Assembly (NCBI GenBank): GCA_963667015.2
Contig: CAXXJJ010000004.1
Coordinates: 1,568,001-1,632,000 of the forward strand
DNA: 64,000 nt
Reading direction: 5' to 3'
Source of the DNA: Desulfatiglandales bacterium
GTDB lineage: Bacteria; Desulfobacterota; DSM-4660; Desulfatiglandales; HGW-15
Part shown: positions 40,998 to 51,070 of the stretch, piece after piece
Layout: each line of letters starts with the position of its first letter
Numbering within the stretch: position 1 is the first letter of the stretch
Position numbers and translations under genes: made by a program
The notes under the pieces: model-generated
Database searches by the model: none
The model's input: the letters and a program-made list of their open reading frames with translations, nothing else
What the model was told of the DNA's origin: nothing

Positions 40998-41960
40998 TCA
41001 GGAACAGCCCAGTATGGCTCTTTTAACCATGGTCCGGGCTATCTGTATCTTCCATTTGTTTCTTTCACCCGGAAGGACTTTGGCTTTATCAATGGCAGCA
41101 GCACCTGCAGCATCCGCATTCTTTTCATTAATGGATTTACCTTTTATTAAATCTTCGGATTCTGTTGCTCTGTGAGGCTTGTTATTAACCGCATTGAGGC
41201 ATATCCGGGCATTTCCTTTTTCGATCATGGCAGCACAATTCACAATAGGGAAATCGATAGAACTACGGATAGCAAATTTGATGAATAAGCTCTTAACACC
41301 CCGGGCCGGTGTCGGAACCTGTATTTCTGTTACGATTTCACCCTGATCCAGTATGGTAGAGCCCGGTTTAACCATATCCCAGAACTTTTCAGCCTCGATC
41401 ATTCTTTTGTTTGTTTTAATCTTTGCATTCAGCGCCACAAGGGCCGGTGCAGTATCGCTCGGGTTTACAGCCACACAACCTTTTACAGCTCCGAATATTG
41501 AATGGTACCGATTCTCACCTGTAATCGCATAACACTTTTTTCCGCCCTTTCTGATGCAATTGAACCGGTTGTCTGGATTCCTGAAATACCAGCATCTCGT
41601 CATCTGACAGATATTGCCGCTAATTGTGCCCATCTCTCTGATATGAGGTGATGCTGTTCTGTGTGCAGCCTCAGAAAGTGCCCTATACTTAGCCTTTACA
41701 ACATCACTTTTCGCAATGTCTTCAAGTCTGGTCAAAGCTCCAATCTTAAGCATACCTGCTTCTTCTTTAATATAATCAAGGCCGTCAATGCTCTTGATAT
41801 TTACAAGGACTTCAGGATAGTCCGGCAGTATCTCAAATCTCATAGCTCCCAGGATGTCGGTGCCGCCGGCTATGATCGATGCCTTTCCTGATTCCAGAAT
41901 AGAAACTGCTTCGTCGACCGTACTGGCATTTACATGTTCAAACTTTTTCCATGTCTTCAT
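40998..41960 (-). CDS. FAD subunit, copy 2
   Basis: Differs from copy 1 at 5 of 320 residues by my comparison. Confidence 0.9.
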   Translation of the reverse strand: MKTWKKFEHVNASTVDEAVSILESGKASIIAGGTDILGAMRFEILPDYPEVLVNIKSIDGLDYIKEEAGMLKIGALTRLEDIAKSDVVKAKYRALSEAAHRTASPHIREMGTISGNICQMTRCWYFRNPDNRFNCIRKGGKKCYAITGENRYHSIFGAVKGCVAVNPSDTAPALVALNAKIKTNKRMIEAEKFWDMVKPGSTILDQGEIVTEIQVPTPARGVKSLFIKFAIRSSIDFPIVNCAAMIEKGNARICLNAVNNKPHRATESEDLIKGKSINEKNADAAGAAAIDKAKVLPGERNKWKIQIARTMVKRAILGCS

Positions 41961-41962
41961 AG

Positions 41963-42628
41963 TTATGACCTCTTCAAAGCTTCAGCAGCATCCAGTACAG
42001 CCTTAGGATGCTGCTGGTATGTTGCACAGCGGCAGAGGTTGCCGCCAAGGGCATCACGGACATCAGCCTCAGTCGGATTCGGGTTTCTATCAAGAAGCGC
42101 CTTGGATGAAGTTACAAAGCCAGGGGTGCAATAGCCGCATTGAAAGGCATTCCACTTTATATAGGACTGAATAATTGGATGCCCGGATTTTGCTATTCCT
42201 TCAGCAGTTTCAATCCTGGCCCCATCACATTCTATTGCCAGGGTTAAGCAGGACAGAACAGGTCTTCCGTTCATGATCACAGTACATGAACCGCAGGCTC
42301 CAAGTCCTCCGCACCAGTCTTTGGGAGAAGTAAGGCCTATCTCATCCCTCAGAAGCTGCCGCAAACTCCAGTTAGGTTCTACCCTGAAGCAATACTTTCC
42401 TCCATTTACTGTCAATTCTATCGTGGCAGTATCACCACTGCACCTTGACGGGGTTTCCGCATCTGTAGTTGTATTGACCTGCTGTTGTGCTTCTGCTCCT
42501 GATGTAAAAGCTAATGATCCTACGGTGGTGCCCCCGATAACCAGCCCCGCATCCCTCAGAAAATCTCTGCGGGATAAATTTACAAATCCTTTTTTACGTT
42601 CCTCTGTAGACTTTTTCTTTTCTGACAT
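41963..42628 (-). CDS. (2Fe-2S) subunit with Tat signal, copy 2
   Basis: SRRDFLR; C-terminal part matches copy 1. Confidence 0.92.
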   Translation of the reverse strand: MSEKKKSTEERKKGFVNLSRRDFLRDAGLVIGGTTVGSLAFTSGAEAQQQVNTTTDAETPSRCSGDTATIELTVNGGKYCFRVEPNWSLRQLLRDEIGLTSPKDWCGGLGACGSCTVIMNGRPVLSCLTLAIECDGARIETAEGIAKSGHPIIQSYIKWNAFQCGYCTPGFVTSSKALLDRNPNPTEADVRDALGGNLCRCATYQQHPKAVLDAAEALKRS

Positions 42629-42647
42629 TGTGGCCTCTGATTGTTAT

Positions 42648-45119
42648 TTATATTTTCCCAAGGGCCTTAAGGACCCTTTCAGGAGTGGTTGGATATTCCA
42701 GGACCCATTTACCGGTTGCATTGAATACTGCTCCTGCGGTTATTCCCGACAGAGAACCGCCGGTGTCCTCTCCGATACCGGCAGCGCCATAGGACGAATA
42801 GCCAAGATGACTTTCATTAAGGATGCAATTGATTTCCGGGTAGTCATTCATTGTCCCGATGTGATAATTGATATTGTCAAAATTCAAACCAACACCGGTG
42901 TTCGGGCAGTAGATTTTTTCTTCGGTTGCACTTCTCCCAAGTCCCATGAAAGCACCGCCATATTGCTGGGCTTCTGCTCCGCGACGGTTAAACAGATGCC
43001 CTACATCGTTGACACATACCAGATTTATAACAATTACTTCCCCGGTCTCCACATCCACCTCTACTTCCATAAAATGTGCCTGCCGGCTCATGATATACAT
43101 CTCTCTGTGTGGCTTTCCGTTTAAAGTCAATCCTGACACCTCAGGGACAACCGGATGGATGATTGAGGGATCATCTCCCCAGAATGCTCCGGCCACCTCC
43201 TTTATGCTTTTTTTATTTTGAGGATTGGCCTTTTCAAATATAATACCTTCTTTAACATCGAGATCTTCCGCTTTTTTTCCGGGAAACGCGGATTGAGCAG
43301 GTTTGGATCCCGGAAACATCGGACTCGAAGGGGGGCGAATAGCATAATCAATGATCTTTTTTTTCAACTCTCTGGCCGCAACTATCAATTGAGGAGTGTT
43401 CCGGGTTATACCCATTGCTCCACCGGGAATCCAGAATCGATAAGTGTTCGCATCCGATCGTTGTTGCTGGAGCACTACGTCATCATATCTTATTCCCGCT
43501 TCTGCTGCGACACAGTAACGGAAAGCCGATTCGGTATCCACTCCGAAATCAGCGCGCATTCCTATAATCGTGAGTTTACCGTCACGCAGCACCAGACAGG
43601 CGAAATGTCTGCCAGGCATCCAGCTCCACTCGTTGATATGGACAAACCCTAGGCCATGCATCCTCCCGTTTTTAAGCTTTTTAGTCCCCGGTGCATGCCA
43701 TTTTTTGTCCCACTGGATTGCTTCTTTTCCCTTTTCAATAACTTCCTTAAGGCTGTGCCTTTGAGGAAAATCGTTCTCCTTCTGGTACTCTGTTATCCAG
43801 TCCCAGTCGTGTCCCATGCAGCCGTCATTTTTAAGGGCAACTTCTGTCGGATCAAGCCCGAATTCCGCAGCAACGTGATCAAACATAACATTATGTGGGA
43901 CGCAGCATTGAGTTCCGTGCCTGAAGCAGATGTGAGGACCATGGTTGATCATGCCCCATTCCTGCGTGTTGCGCATATTGGAAATTTTTGTGCACTTATG
44001 TGTTTTATCAATATGCAGTTCCCCGGCAGGTCCCACGACATGCCAGTCCAGAGCCGTGATGGTTCCGTCTTTTTTGGCGCCCACCTTGCATCTGAAAATT
44101 GCAGCGTCATCCCCGGTAAGATAAAAATGGCTTTCATCGTACAGCAGTTTAACCGGCCTGTTACTGGCCCTCTTTGCAATGATTGCAGCCATTCGTATAA
44201 ATGCTGTGGAGTATCCAAGCCATGAAATACCCCCATACCAGGCTCCCTGGTATGGTATGGTCACATTTATTTTGTTAGATTCACAAATAGGAGGAAGAGG
44301 ATCTTTTCTATCCTTTGGCGGGGATTCTACATCAGCCTCGATGCTCCCATAACCGAATGAAATGAATGACAAGCCAACGGTATAAATGTTTGGATTGCTC
44401 AGCATGGGCTCAACATGAGCAGCATGGTGGGGCCAGATATCCAGAAAATCTCCTCTCCACTGAGCGACACAGGCCATCCCTTCCACACCTGCTACTGTAT
44501 TGGGGCCTCTTGTGAAGGTATACTCAATTACCCTGTCTGCCTCGGCGAATCCTTTGCTGACATCCCCGATCTCGGTTGAGTTGGTCAGAACAGTATTTGG
44601 ATCTTTTGCGCTTTTATTCAATCGAATAACTTCGGGCATGATTTTAGGTGCACCGGGTTTCAGAGACTCTTCCATGTCCAGAATAAAAGGTCTCTCTTCC
44701 CATTCTATTTCTATCAGCCGGAGTGCGGAATCACATATTTCTTCGCTGTCTGCTACTACAACAACTCCCATAGGATGCTGATAGAAATCACCTGTATCGG
44801 GAAGAGTCAGAATATTGTATTCGCTGGAACAATATCCGCCCCTGGTATTTTCAAACTTAACATCGGGATCATCGAACCTCAATATATCCCGAACTCCGGT
44901 CAGAGCTTCAGCCTTGCTCGTATCCATTTTTATTATTTTGGCATGGGCATAGGGTGAGGTAAGTATTTTTGCATACAGCATACCGGGCAAACTCACATCC
45001 CTTGTGTAGACCGCCTGGCCCGACACCTTGTCGTGACCGTCCTGCCGGGATGCGTTATAATCAAGAGCAGAAAAATTTTCAGGGGGTTTCCATGTCCAGG
45101 GTCTGTAATCTTCAGGCAT
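42648..45119 (-). CDS. Molybdopterin-binding subunit, copy 2 (intact)
   Basis: Start MPEDY after GAGGG. KVSGQAVYTRD, SPYAHAKI, EVEVDVETG, QQYGG, GIGE. Confidence 0.88.
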   Translation of the reverse strand: MPEDYRPWTWKPPENFSALDYNASRQDGHDKVSGQAVYTRDVSLPGMLYAKILTSPYAHAKIIKMDTSKAEALTGVRDILRFDDPDVKFENTRGGYCSSEYNILTLPDTGDFYQHPMGVVVVADSEEICDSALRLIEIEWEERPFILDMEESLKPGAPKIMPEVIRLNKSAKDPNTVLTNSTEIGDVSKGFAEADRVIEYTFTRGPNTVAGVEGMACVAQWRGDFLDIWPHHAAHVEPMLSNPNIYTVGLSFISFGYGSIEADVESPPKDRKDPLPPICESNKINVTIPYQGAWYGGISWLGYSTAFIRMAAIIAKRASNRPVKLLYDESHFYLTGDDAAIFRCKVGAKKDGTITALDWHVVGPAGELHIDKTHKCTKISNMRNTQEWGMINHGPHICFRHGTQCCVPHNVMFDHVAAEFGLDPTEVALKNDGCMGHDWDWITEYQKENDFPQRHSLKEVIEKGKEAIQWDKKWHAPGTKKLKNGRMHGLGFVHINEWSWMPGRHFACLVLRDGKLTIIGMRADFGVDTESAFRYCVAAEAGIRYDDVVLQQQRSDANTYRFWIPGGAMGITRNTPQLIVAARELKKKIIDYAIRPPSSPMFPGSKPAQSAFPGKKAEDLDVKEGIIFEKANPQNKKSIKEVAGAFWGDDPSIIHPVVPEVSGLTLNGKPHREMYIMSRQAHFMEVEVDVETGEVIVINLVCVNDVGHLFNRRGAEAQQYGGAFMGLGRSATEEKIYCPNTGVGLNFDNINYHIGTMNDYPEINCILNESHLGYSSYGAAGIGEDTGGSLSGITAGAVFNATGKWVLEYPTTPERVLKALGKI

Positions 45120-45416
45120 ATTTTCCCTCAGTACTAGATGTGAAACATGTAGATAATTGAAAAATCGATTTCGTTTTGGTGGGCGAAGTATAAAGAATAA
45201 GCCACTGCATGTCAAAATATATTCAGATTTGAAATATTACAACAGAATCTCAATGAACGTCATTACATATAGAATCAATACGTTATGATTTATTCAGGAA
45301 AATTCCATTTTTCATGAGCACATATTTATTCCTTCATTTTTATAATTTATTCAGTTATATTCCCACGGATTAAATAATTTTGTCGGTATTTTTTAACAGT
45401 AAAAGGAGATATGTAA

Positions 45417-46439
45417 ATGCTTTCCGCGAAACAGAACTTTCTGGAAACAGTAAAAAAAGATGGCCAGCCAGACCGTCTTATTGATCAATATGAAAATATG
45501 GTTTTCTTCCCCGCAGATCCTGTGGCTGGTTTCGCTAGGGGAAAACGTTACCAGGGCATGGAGCCCATTCGTGATAAATGGGGTACTCTTATTCTATGGC
45601 CAAAGGAGCAGATAGCTGCAATGCCCCATGTTACAGCCGATGATAAGGTTGTCCCGGATATATGTGAATGGAAAAAGACTGCAATAGCCCCTGATATTGT
45701 CGGCAACTGTTCAAATCCTGCCCTCTGGGAACCGGCACTTGAGACAATTTCAAAGATAGACCGTGAAAACAATCTTTTAATGGCCTTCATGCCCACCGGT
45801 GTATTTGAACAGCTGCATTTTCTCATGGGCTTTGAGGACACTCTCCTTAATTTTCTGGCAGAGCCTGAATGCATGATGGAGCTTTGCGATTATGTCGGGG
45901 AATACAGGTTCAACTACATGAAACTGATAGTGGACAACCTTAAGCCGGATATCATGCTTACCCACGATGACTGGGGCAGTAAAAACAGCATGTTTATGAG
46001 CCCTGACACATGGAGAGAATTTATAAAACCCCAGTATGTGAAAACCTATAAATATATGAATGATAATGGGGTTATTATCATGCACCATGCGGATTCATTC
46101 CTGGAGCCCATTGTGGAAGACATGGTTGAACTGGGAATTGATATCTGGCAGGGCGCCCTTCCCCAGAACGATATTCCCAAAATACAGAAACAGCTTGAAG
46201 GACGCATGGTTATAATGGGCGGTATAGATGCTGCCATAGTTGACCGGGCGGATGCACCGGAAGAAACAATTCGTTCTGAGATCAGAAGGGCTCTTGAAGA
46301 ATACACCCCGGGCGGAAGTTTCATTCCGTGCCTTACCTATGGCGCTCCGGGCAGTATATATGAAAATGTTGATAGAATCGTCACTGAAGAGATTAATATC
46401 TTTAACAGGGAAAGATACAGCGAATTGACAAACAAATAA
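45417..46439 (+). CDS. Uroporphyrinogen decarboxylase / MtaA-CmuA methyltransferase family protein
   Basis: DKWG, LHFLMGFE, HDDWG, MSPDTWREFIKP, HHADS, MGGID. Confidence 0.82.
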   Translation: MLSAKQNFLETVKKDGQPDRLIDQYENMVFFPADPVAGFARGKRYQGMEPIRDKWGTLILWPKEQIAAMPHVTADDKVVPDICEWKKTAIAPDIVGNCSNPALWEPALETISKIDRENNLLMAFMPTGVFEQLHFLMGFEDTLLNFLAEPECMMELCDYVGEYRFNYMKLIVDNLKPDIMLTHDDWGSKNSMFMSPDTWREFIKPQYVKTYKYMNDNGVIIMHHADSFLEPIVEDMVELGIDIWQGALPQNDIPKIQKQLEGRMVIMGGIDAAIVDRADAPEETIRSEIRRALEEYTPGGSFIPCLTYGAPGSIYENVDRIVTEEINIFNRERYSELTNK

Positions 46440-46450
46440 TCAGCCGAATA

Positions 46451-46501
46451 AAAACGGGAATGCAGTCTGGATTTTTAAAAATCCGCAAACATTCCCGTTT
46501 T
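46451..46501. terminator. Bidirectional terminator
   Basis: AAAACGGGAATG ... CATTCCCGTTTT with an inner GGATTTTT/AAAAATCC stem. Confidence 0.75.
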
Positions 46502-46515
46502 AGATTTCTCCCCTC

Positions 46516-47289
46516 TTACTTCCCTGACATTATTGTATTCACATATGCTACAAACTCATCTCCATATTTTTTATGATTGGCTGATTCCCACATTTTCCGG
46601 TAAGACTTTATGCGGAATAGTTTTCTATACATATTGTCCCAGCGCGCCCATATTTCATCGGATATTATTCCCCTGCTATGATCCTGGAAAGCGGCTTCCA
46701 ATATGGTAATTTTATTTAATTTTAAATCCGGCTCCGGAGGATTTCCAACAAATATGCTGTCTTTATATCGATTTCTGGCCTCTTCTCTATAAAATTGCTG
46801 CAGTTCATGGGCATTTATCATGGCTACTGCCAGTTCGGGGTTTCTGGCAGCCAGAGCCTTCATCTCCCTGTTCAGGGCTCTGGTTTTATGGGCATTTTGT
46901 ACCGCCAGTTGATGTTCGGATATATATATGGCGCCATCAAGCGCCATCATTGTGTCTAAAGCCTCCTCCCTTGCCTTTCTCATATATTCTACATCGCATC
47001 TCCAGTATTTAATCCTTGTTCCGGTCGGAGCACGCCATTCACATGTAATATCAAAATCATCTGTACTGTTAAGGTTATTAAACACCTCAAACTTTAGCTC
47101 TTCTGCCCTGATCACTTCCTTTTTAAGTGCATGCATCGAGCTATCACCTCTCACTACGACTTCGGGTAGCGTATATTCCAATGAATCACTGTCGGTGGAT
47201 AATTTATTATGATCAACCTCTGCAAAAAGACCCGAGTTCAAAAAACAAGACAAAAAAATCAGTAATAATATTTTTAATTTAATATCCAT
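46516..47289 (-). CDS. Secreted hypothetical protein, paralog B
   Basis: Signal peptide; YTLPEVVVRG; FNNLNSTDDFDITC...PTGTRIK...C. Confidence 0.8.
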   Translation of the reverse strand: MDIKLKILLLIFLSCFLNSGLFAEVDHNKLSTDSDSLEYTLPEVVVRGDSSMHALKKEVIRAEELKFEVFNNLNSTDDFDITCEWRAPTGTRIKYWRCDVEYMRKAREEALDTMMALDGAIYISEHQLAVQNAHKTRALNREMKALAARNPELAVAMINAHELQQFYREEARNRYKDSIFVGNPPEPDLKLNKITILEAAFQDHSRGIISDEIWARWDNMYRKLFRIKSYRKMWESANHKKYGDEFVAYVNTIMSGK

Positions 47290-47353
47290 GATTATTCCTC
47301 CTGTTTTTTAATAAGGCACCTGACTACCGGCCTTTGATAATATAGTGACAGCT

Positions 47354-48124
47354 CTAATCCTTTGAAATGATTGAATTGACGTATGCTACAAAGTCATCTC
47401 CATATTTATTATGCCTGGTTGATTTCCACACGTTCCGGTATGATTTTAGATTAAATATTTTTCTGTAGGTACTGTCCCAGCGTTTCCAGGTTGTATCTGA
47501 TATTACTCCATTACTGTGATCCTCGAATGCTGCTGCCCAGATATCAAGTTTGTTAAAAGCCAGATCAGGCTCCGGGTCTCCGACTAATATACTGTCTTTA
47601 TATCGCTTTTTTTGCTCCTGCTTATATAGTTGTTCCAACTCATGGGCGTTTATGATGGCTATTGCCAGTTCAGGGTGTTGCATGGCAAGGGTTTTCATTT
47701 CCTTATTCAAGGCTCTTGCTCTATTGGCATTTTTTATTAACAAATTATGATCTGATGGCAATATTGGACTATGACCTTGCCGCCAGTCACGTATACCGTC
47801 AGCTCTTGCCTTTTTCATATAGCCGACATCGCAACTCCATCTTTTGATGTTTGTCCCAAGAGGGGCGTGCCATTCACAGGTAATATCAAAATCATCAGTG
47901 CTGTTGAGATTATTAAACACCTCAAACTTGATCTCTTCAGCATGGATTACCTCCATTCGCAGTGAATGCATTGAATTATCACCTTCCACTATAATTTCCG
48001 GCAGGGTATACTCCAGTGAATCACTGCCAGCGGTGACTTCTTTAGGTTTATCTTCCGCAAAGCTACCTGAACTCAATAAACAGCACAAAAAAATAAATAA
48101 TACTATTCTTAATTTCCTAACCAT
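47354..48124 (-). CDS. Secreted hypothetical protein, paralog A
   Basis: Signal peptide; YTLPEIIVEG; aligns end-to-end with paralog B. Confidence 0.8.
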   Translation of the reverse strand: MVRKLRIVLFIFLCCLLSSGSFAEDKPKEVTAGSDSLEYTLPEIIVEGDNSMHSLRMEVIHAEEIKFEVFNNLNSTDDFDITCEWHAPLGTNIKRWSCDVGYMKKARADGIRDWRQGHSPILPSDHNLLIKNANRARALNKEMKTLAMQHPELAIAIINAHELEQLYKQEQKKRYKDSILVGDPEPDLAFNKLDIWAAAFEDHSNGVISDTTWKRWDSTYRKIFNLKSYRNVWKSTRHNKYGDDFVAYVNSIISKD

Positions 48125-48146
48125 ATTTATTCCCCCTTATTTTTAT

Positions 48147-50420
48147 CTATTTGTTTGCCGACCAGTTATCAAAGGCCTGGACATAATCGTTGGACTGAGC
48201 TACCTGGCCCACCGGGACAGGACCTCTCTTTCTAAATAAAAGTTCTGGACTCTGATACGACACACGCATTTTTCCTGATTCATTCCATTTGCAGTAATCC
48301 GCCATTTTTTTTCTGACAGTACTCTCCGGGTTTAGAGTAAGGGCCGTTTTGTAATCAGCGGCTGCTTTGTTATATTTCTTTAAATAATGATAATAAGTTC
48401 CCCTGTTGATATAGGCGCTGACGTATCGGGGATTTAACTCTATGGCCCTGTTAAAATCATTTAATGCATTTTGATATTGTTTCTTTGAAAAATAGGCCAA
48501 CCCCCGGCTGTTATAAACCACACCATCTTCAGGATTCAATTTTAACGCCTTGTTGTAATCGGATATTGAATCATCAAACCTGTTCCGGCTCAGATAAATA
48601 CTTCCACGGTCTTCATAGGCTGCAATAAGATCAGGATTTAACTCAATAGCTTTATTGTAATCAGTTATGGCTTTTTCAAAATAACCCTGGATAAAATAGA
48701 CACTTCCACGATTCTGGTAGGCAACAGCAAGGTCGGGATTTATCTTAACAGCCCTATCATAATCAGTAATGGCATTATCATACCGGCCCAGCCTCTGATA
48801 TACAGAACCTCGGGCAACATAGGCCACAGCATTCCCCGAATCAAGATCTATGGCCCTGCTAAAACTGGAAACCGCATCCTCAAATCGGCCATTCTTTATG
48901 AAGGAAGTTCCCATGGAAATGAATTCATCAGCATTTTCAGTTTTAAGCTCAACATTCCTGCTGCCTGAATCTGAAGTCCATTTAACCGGGGTTTTCCCTT
49001 CAGCCAGTACCATGCTGTCTTTTGTATCGGTACTTGCTGCAGTTACCTGGACCGCCTTGAAGGGTTCGGTTTTCGCTTCATGGTTCTCAACGGTTTTAAC
49101 CCTTGCATTTGCCATTACTATTGCGGGGCTTTCATTTTTCAATATCTGCTCATCTGAAGATTCGATACGTGATGTTCTCCCGGCTTTTGAGATAGCACCG
49201 AGACTGCTCTGAACCGGCTTTTTATTGATTATTTCAGGGGCCTTGTTATTTATTTCCGGTTTAGCGGAGACCTGATAGCTGCCTGGTTTGTAATTAGCTT
49301 CATTATATTTATCCTGGTCACTATCAGTGGAGCGTGCCTGGCTGGGCGGAGCGTTTAAGATCCCGAGTATAAGAGGTATACCAAGCACTGCCAGTCCTGC
49401 CATTGCTAAAAAAAGCCTTTTTACAATGCTCATATTATGACCTGTCTGATTTTTCATAATGCCCTCCAGACGTTTTTTTAAATTGGATCCAACAACGCCT
49501 GAGACACATACTAAAGGAGCCTTGAAGTAATACTCACACACCTTAAGTATCCCTTCGGCATATACGCCCGGATTTTTACCTGACTTCAATACAGATTCAT
49601 CGCAGGCAAGTTCGCGTTCAAAAACAAGTCTTGAGCCTGTAAACCATACGAGCGGATGAAACCAGAACAGTGCCTGCACAATCATATGTATTGAGGCTAT
49701 AAGGTTGTCTCTGCATCTGATGTGTTCAAATTCATGTAATAAAATGGCTTCAAGTTCCGAGTCATTTACGTGATCAAGTATTCCGGACGGCAGCAGAAGT
49801 ACAGGTCTAAAAATACCATACACACCGGGTTCCATTGCGTCCCTGGTGGAAGCCAGTCGAACAGCTTTCGATATCCTGTTTTCCTGTTTTATCCGATGGA
49901 AGGCTTCCAGCCTGTGGCTGTCAATAAGAGGCTCAGCATTTTGTGCCATCCTGGATACCCGTACATCCCGTTTGTGCCAGCTTACTAAAATCGCGCATGT
50001 TCCGCATAACCAGAGGACGAATAATACACCCGGTATTTTATGTGATACTGGTGAAGAATCAACTGCACCTGCTGCGGGTGCAACATTTTTTATATCTGTT
50101 CCAGGGAGGACCTCTTTCAGGACCGAAGGGTTGAAGGGCTGGTTTATTGCATGGATTACCTTAAATTGTGCAGAAATTTCAGGAGGCGTGTTCATCCATT
50201 CCGGGGCAATAAAATTGCCAAGTGTTACTATAATGGAAAATGGTATCAGAAACTTGACAGTAACAGAAAACCAGATCCAGAACCTGATGCGTGCCCGATT
50301 TTTTTTAAGAAATATCGTAACCAGCCAGGCTGCGGATGCAAACAGGGTTGACTGCCAGAGATGGTTTGCAATACCTGACCAGAAGACACTGCCTAAGGAG
50401 AGGAGATCAGCATTGATCAT
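48147..50420 (-). CDS. BlaR1/M56 peptidase with C-terminal TPR array
   Basis: HLWQST, PGVYGIFRPVLLLP, HEFEH, FWFHPLVW, RELACDE; about 6 TPRs. Confidence 0.92.
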   Translation of the reverse strand: MINADLLSLGSVFWSGIANHLWQSTLFASAAWLVTIFLKKNRARIRFWIWFSVTVKFLIPFSIIVTLGNFIAPEWMNTPPEISAQFKVIHAINQPFNPSVLKEVLPGTDIKNVAPAAGAVDSSPVSHKIPGVLFVLWLCGTCAILVSWHKRDVRVSRMAQNAEPLIDSHRLEAFHRIKQENRISKAVRLASTRDAMEPGVYGIFRPVLLLPSGILDHVNDSELEAILLHEFEHIRCRDNLIASIHMIVQALFWFHPLVWFTGSRLVFERELACDESVLKSGKNPGVYAEGILKVCEYYFKAPLVCVSGVVGSNLKKRLEGIMKNQTGHNMSIVKRLFLAMAGLAVLGIPLILGILNAPPSQARSTDSDQDKYNEANYKPGSYQVSAKPEINNKAPEIINKKPVQSSLGAISKAGRTSRIESSDEQILKNESPAIVMANARVKTVENHEAKTEPFKAVQVTAASTDTKDSMVLAEGKTPVKWTSDSGSRNVELKTENADEFISMGTSFIKNGRFEDAVSSFSRAIDLDSGNAVAYVARGSVYQRLGRYDNAITDYDRAVKINPDLAVAYQNRGSVYFIQGYFEKAITDYNKAIELNPDLIAAYEDRGSIYLSRNRFDDSISDYNKALKLNPEDGVVYNSRGLAYFSKKQYQNALNDFNRAIELNPRYVSAYINRGTYYHYLKKYNKAAADYKTALTLNPESTVRKKMADYCKWNESGKMRVSYQSPELLFRKRGPVPVGQVAQSNDYVQAFDNWSANK

Positions 50421-50434
50421 TGTTATTCCTCCTG

Positions 50435-50803
50435 TTAACCTATTTTTTTGATTGTTGCCTTTGCTTCTTCCAGATCTTCAATAGTAAGTTTTCCGGTTTC
50501 TATGAGATGAGACATAACAGGCTGCACACTTCCCCCGAACAGAGCAAGTAGATTGTCGATCAGTTTTCCATGTGCGGCATTCCTGGAGATTGAAGCATCA
50601 AAAATATGGGCATTACCGATCTTTTTAGTCCTGTGGATCACTTTTTTATTTTCCATACGATACACAGTAGTTTGAACGGTGGTGTATGCGGGTCGTCCCT
50701 TTTCAGGAAAAGTCTCCTGAATTTCCCGGATTGATGAAGCCCCTTTATTCCACAGTGCTTCCATAATCTTGAGTTCCAGCTTTGTCAGCTTTGGTGATTT
50801 CAT
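50435..50803 (-). CDS. BlaI/MecI/CopY family repressor
   Basis: LTKLELKIMEALW, AYTTVQTTVYRMENK, LFGGS. Confidence 0.92.
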   Translation of the reverse strand: MKSPKLTKLELKIMEALWNKGASSIREIQETFPEKGRPAYTTVQTTVYRMENKKVIHRTKKIGNAHIFDASISRNAAHGKLIDNLLALFGGSVQPVMSHLIETGKLTIEDLEEAKATIKKIG

Positions 50804-50828
50804 TCAGCTACTACCTCCAAGGTTTAAT

Positions 50829-50874
50829 TACTATCGTTGTAGTAGATTCTACTCTTAGCATAGTACCATGTCAA
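50829..50874 (-). promoter_or_regulatory. Sigma-70 promoter overlapped by two BlaI-type operator palindromes
   Basis: TTGACA-N17-TAGAAT; TACTATGCTAAGAGTA (50850-50865) and TACTACAACGATAGTA (50829-50844). Confidence 0.72.
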
Positions 50875-51070
50875 TAAAATAATTCACTTTATTATGTTAT
50901 TAATTTAAGAGGAAGGTAGAGCAGATGCAACTATCTGAAATAAAATTGAATTACAATACTCTATAAAAGAATTTACTAAAAGGTTGCACAGAGACATACC
51001 CATTTCCTGTTTCTGCATTCTTTTCCGGCCTTTACTTATTTCCGGGTATTTCAGGTCTGGACCGCTTGAT

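Noticed and set aside
47329..48177. 12-bp inverted repeat GGCCTTTGATAA / TTATCAAAGGCC around paralog A
   Set aside because: It is short, one copy lies in coding sequence and there is no TSD; plausibly chance.
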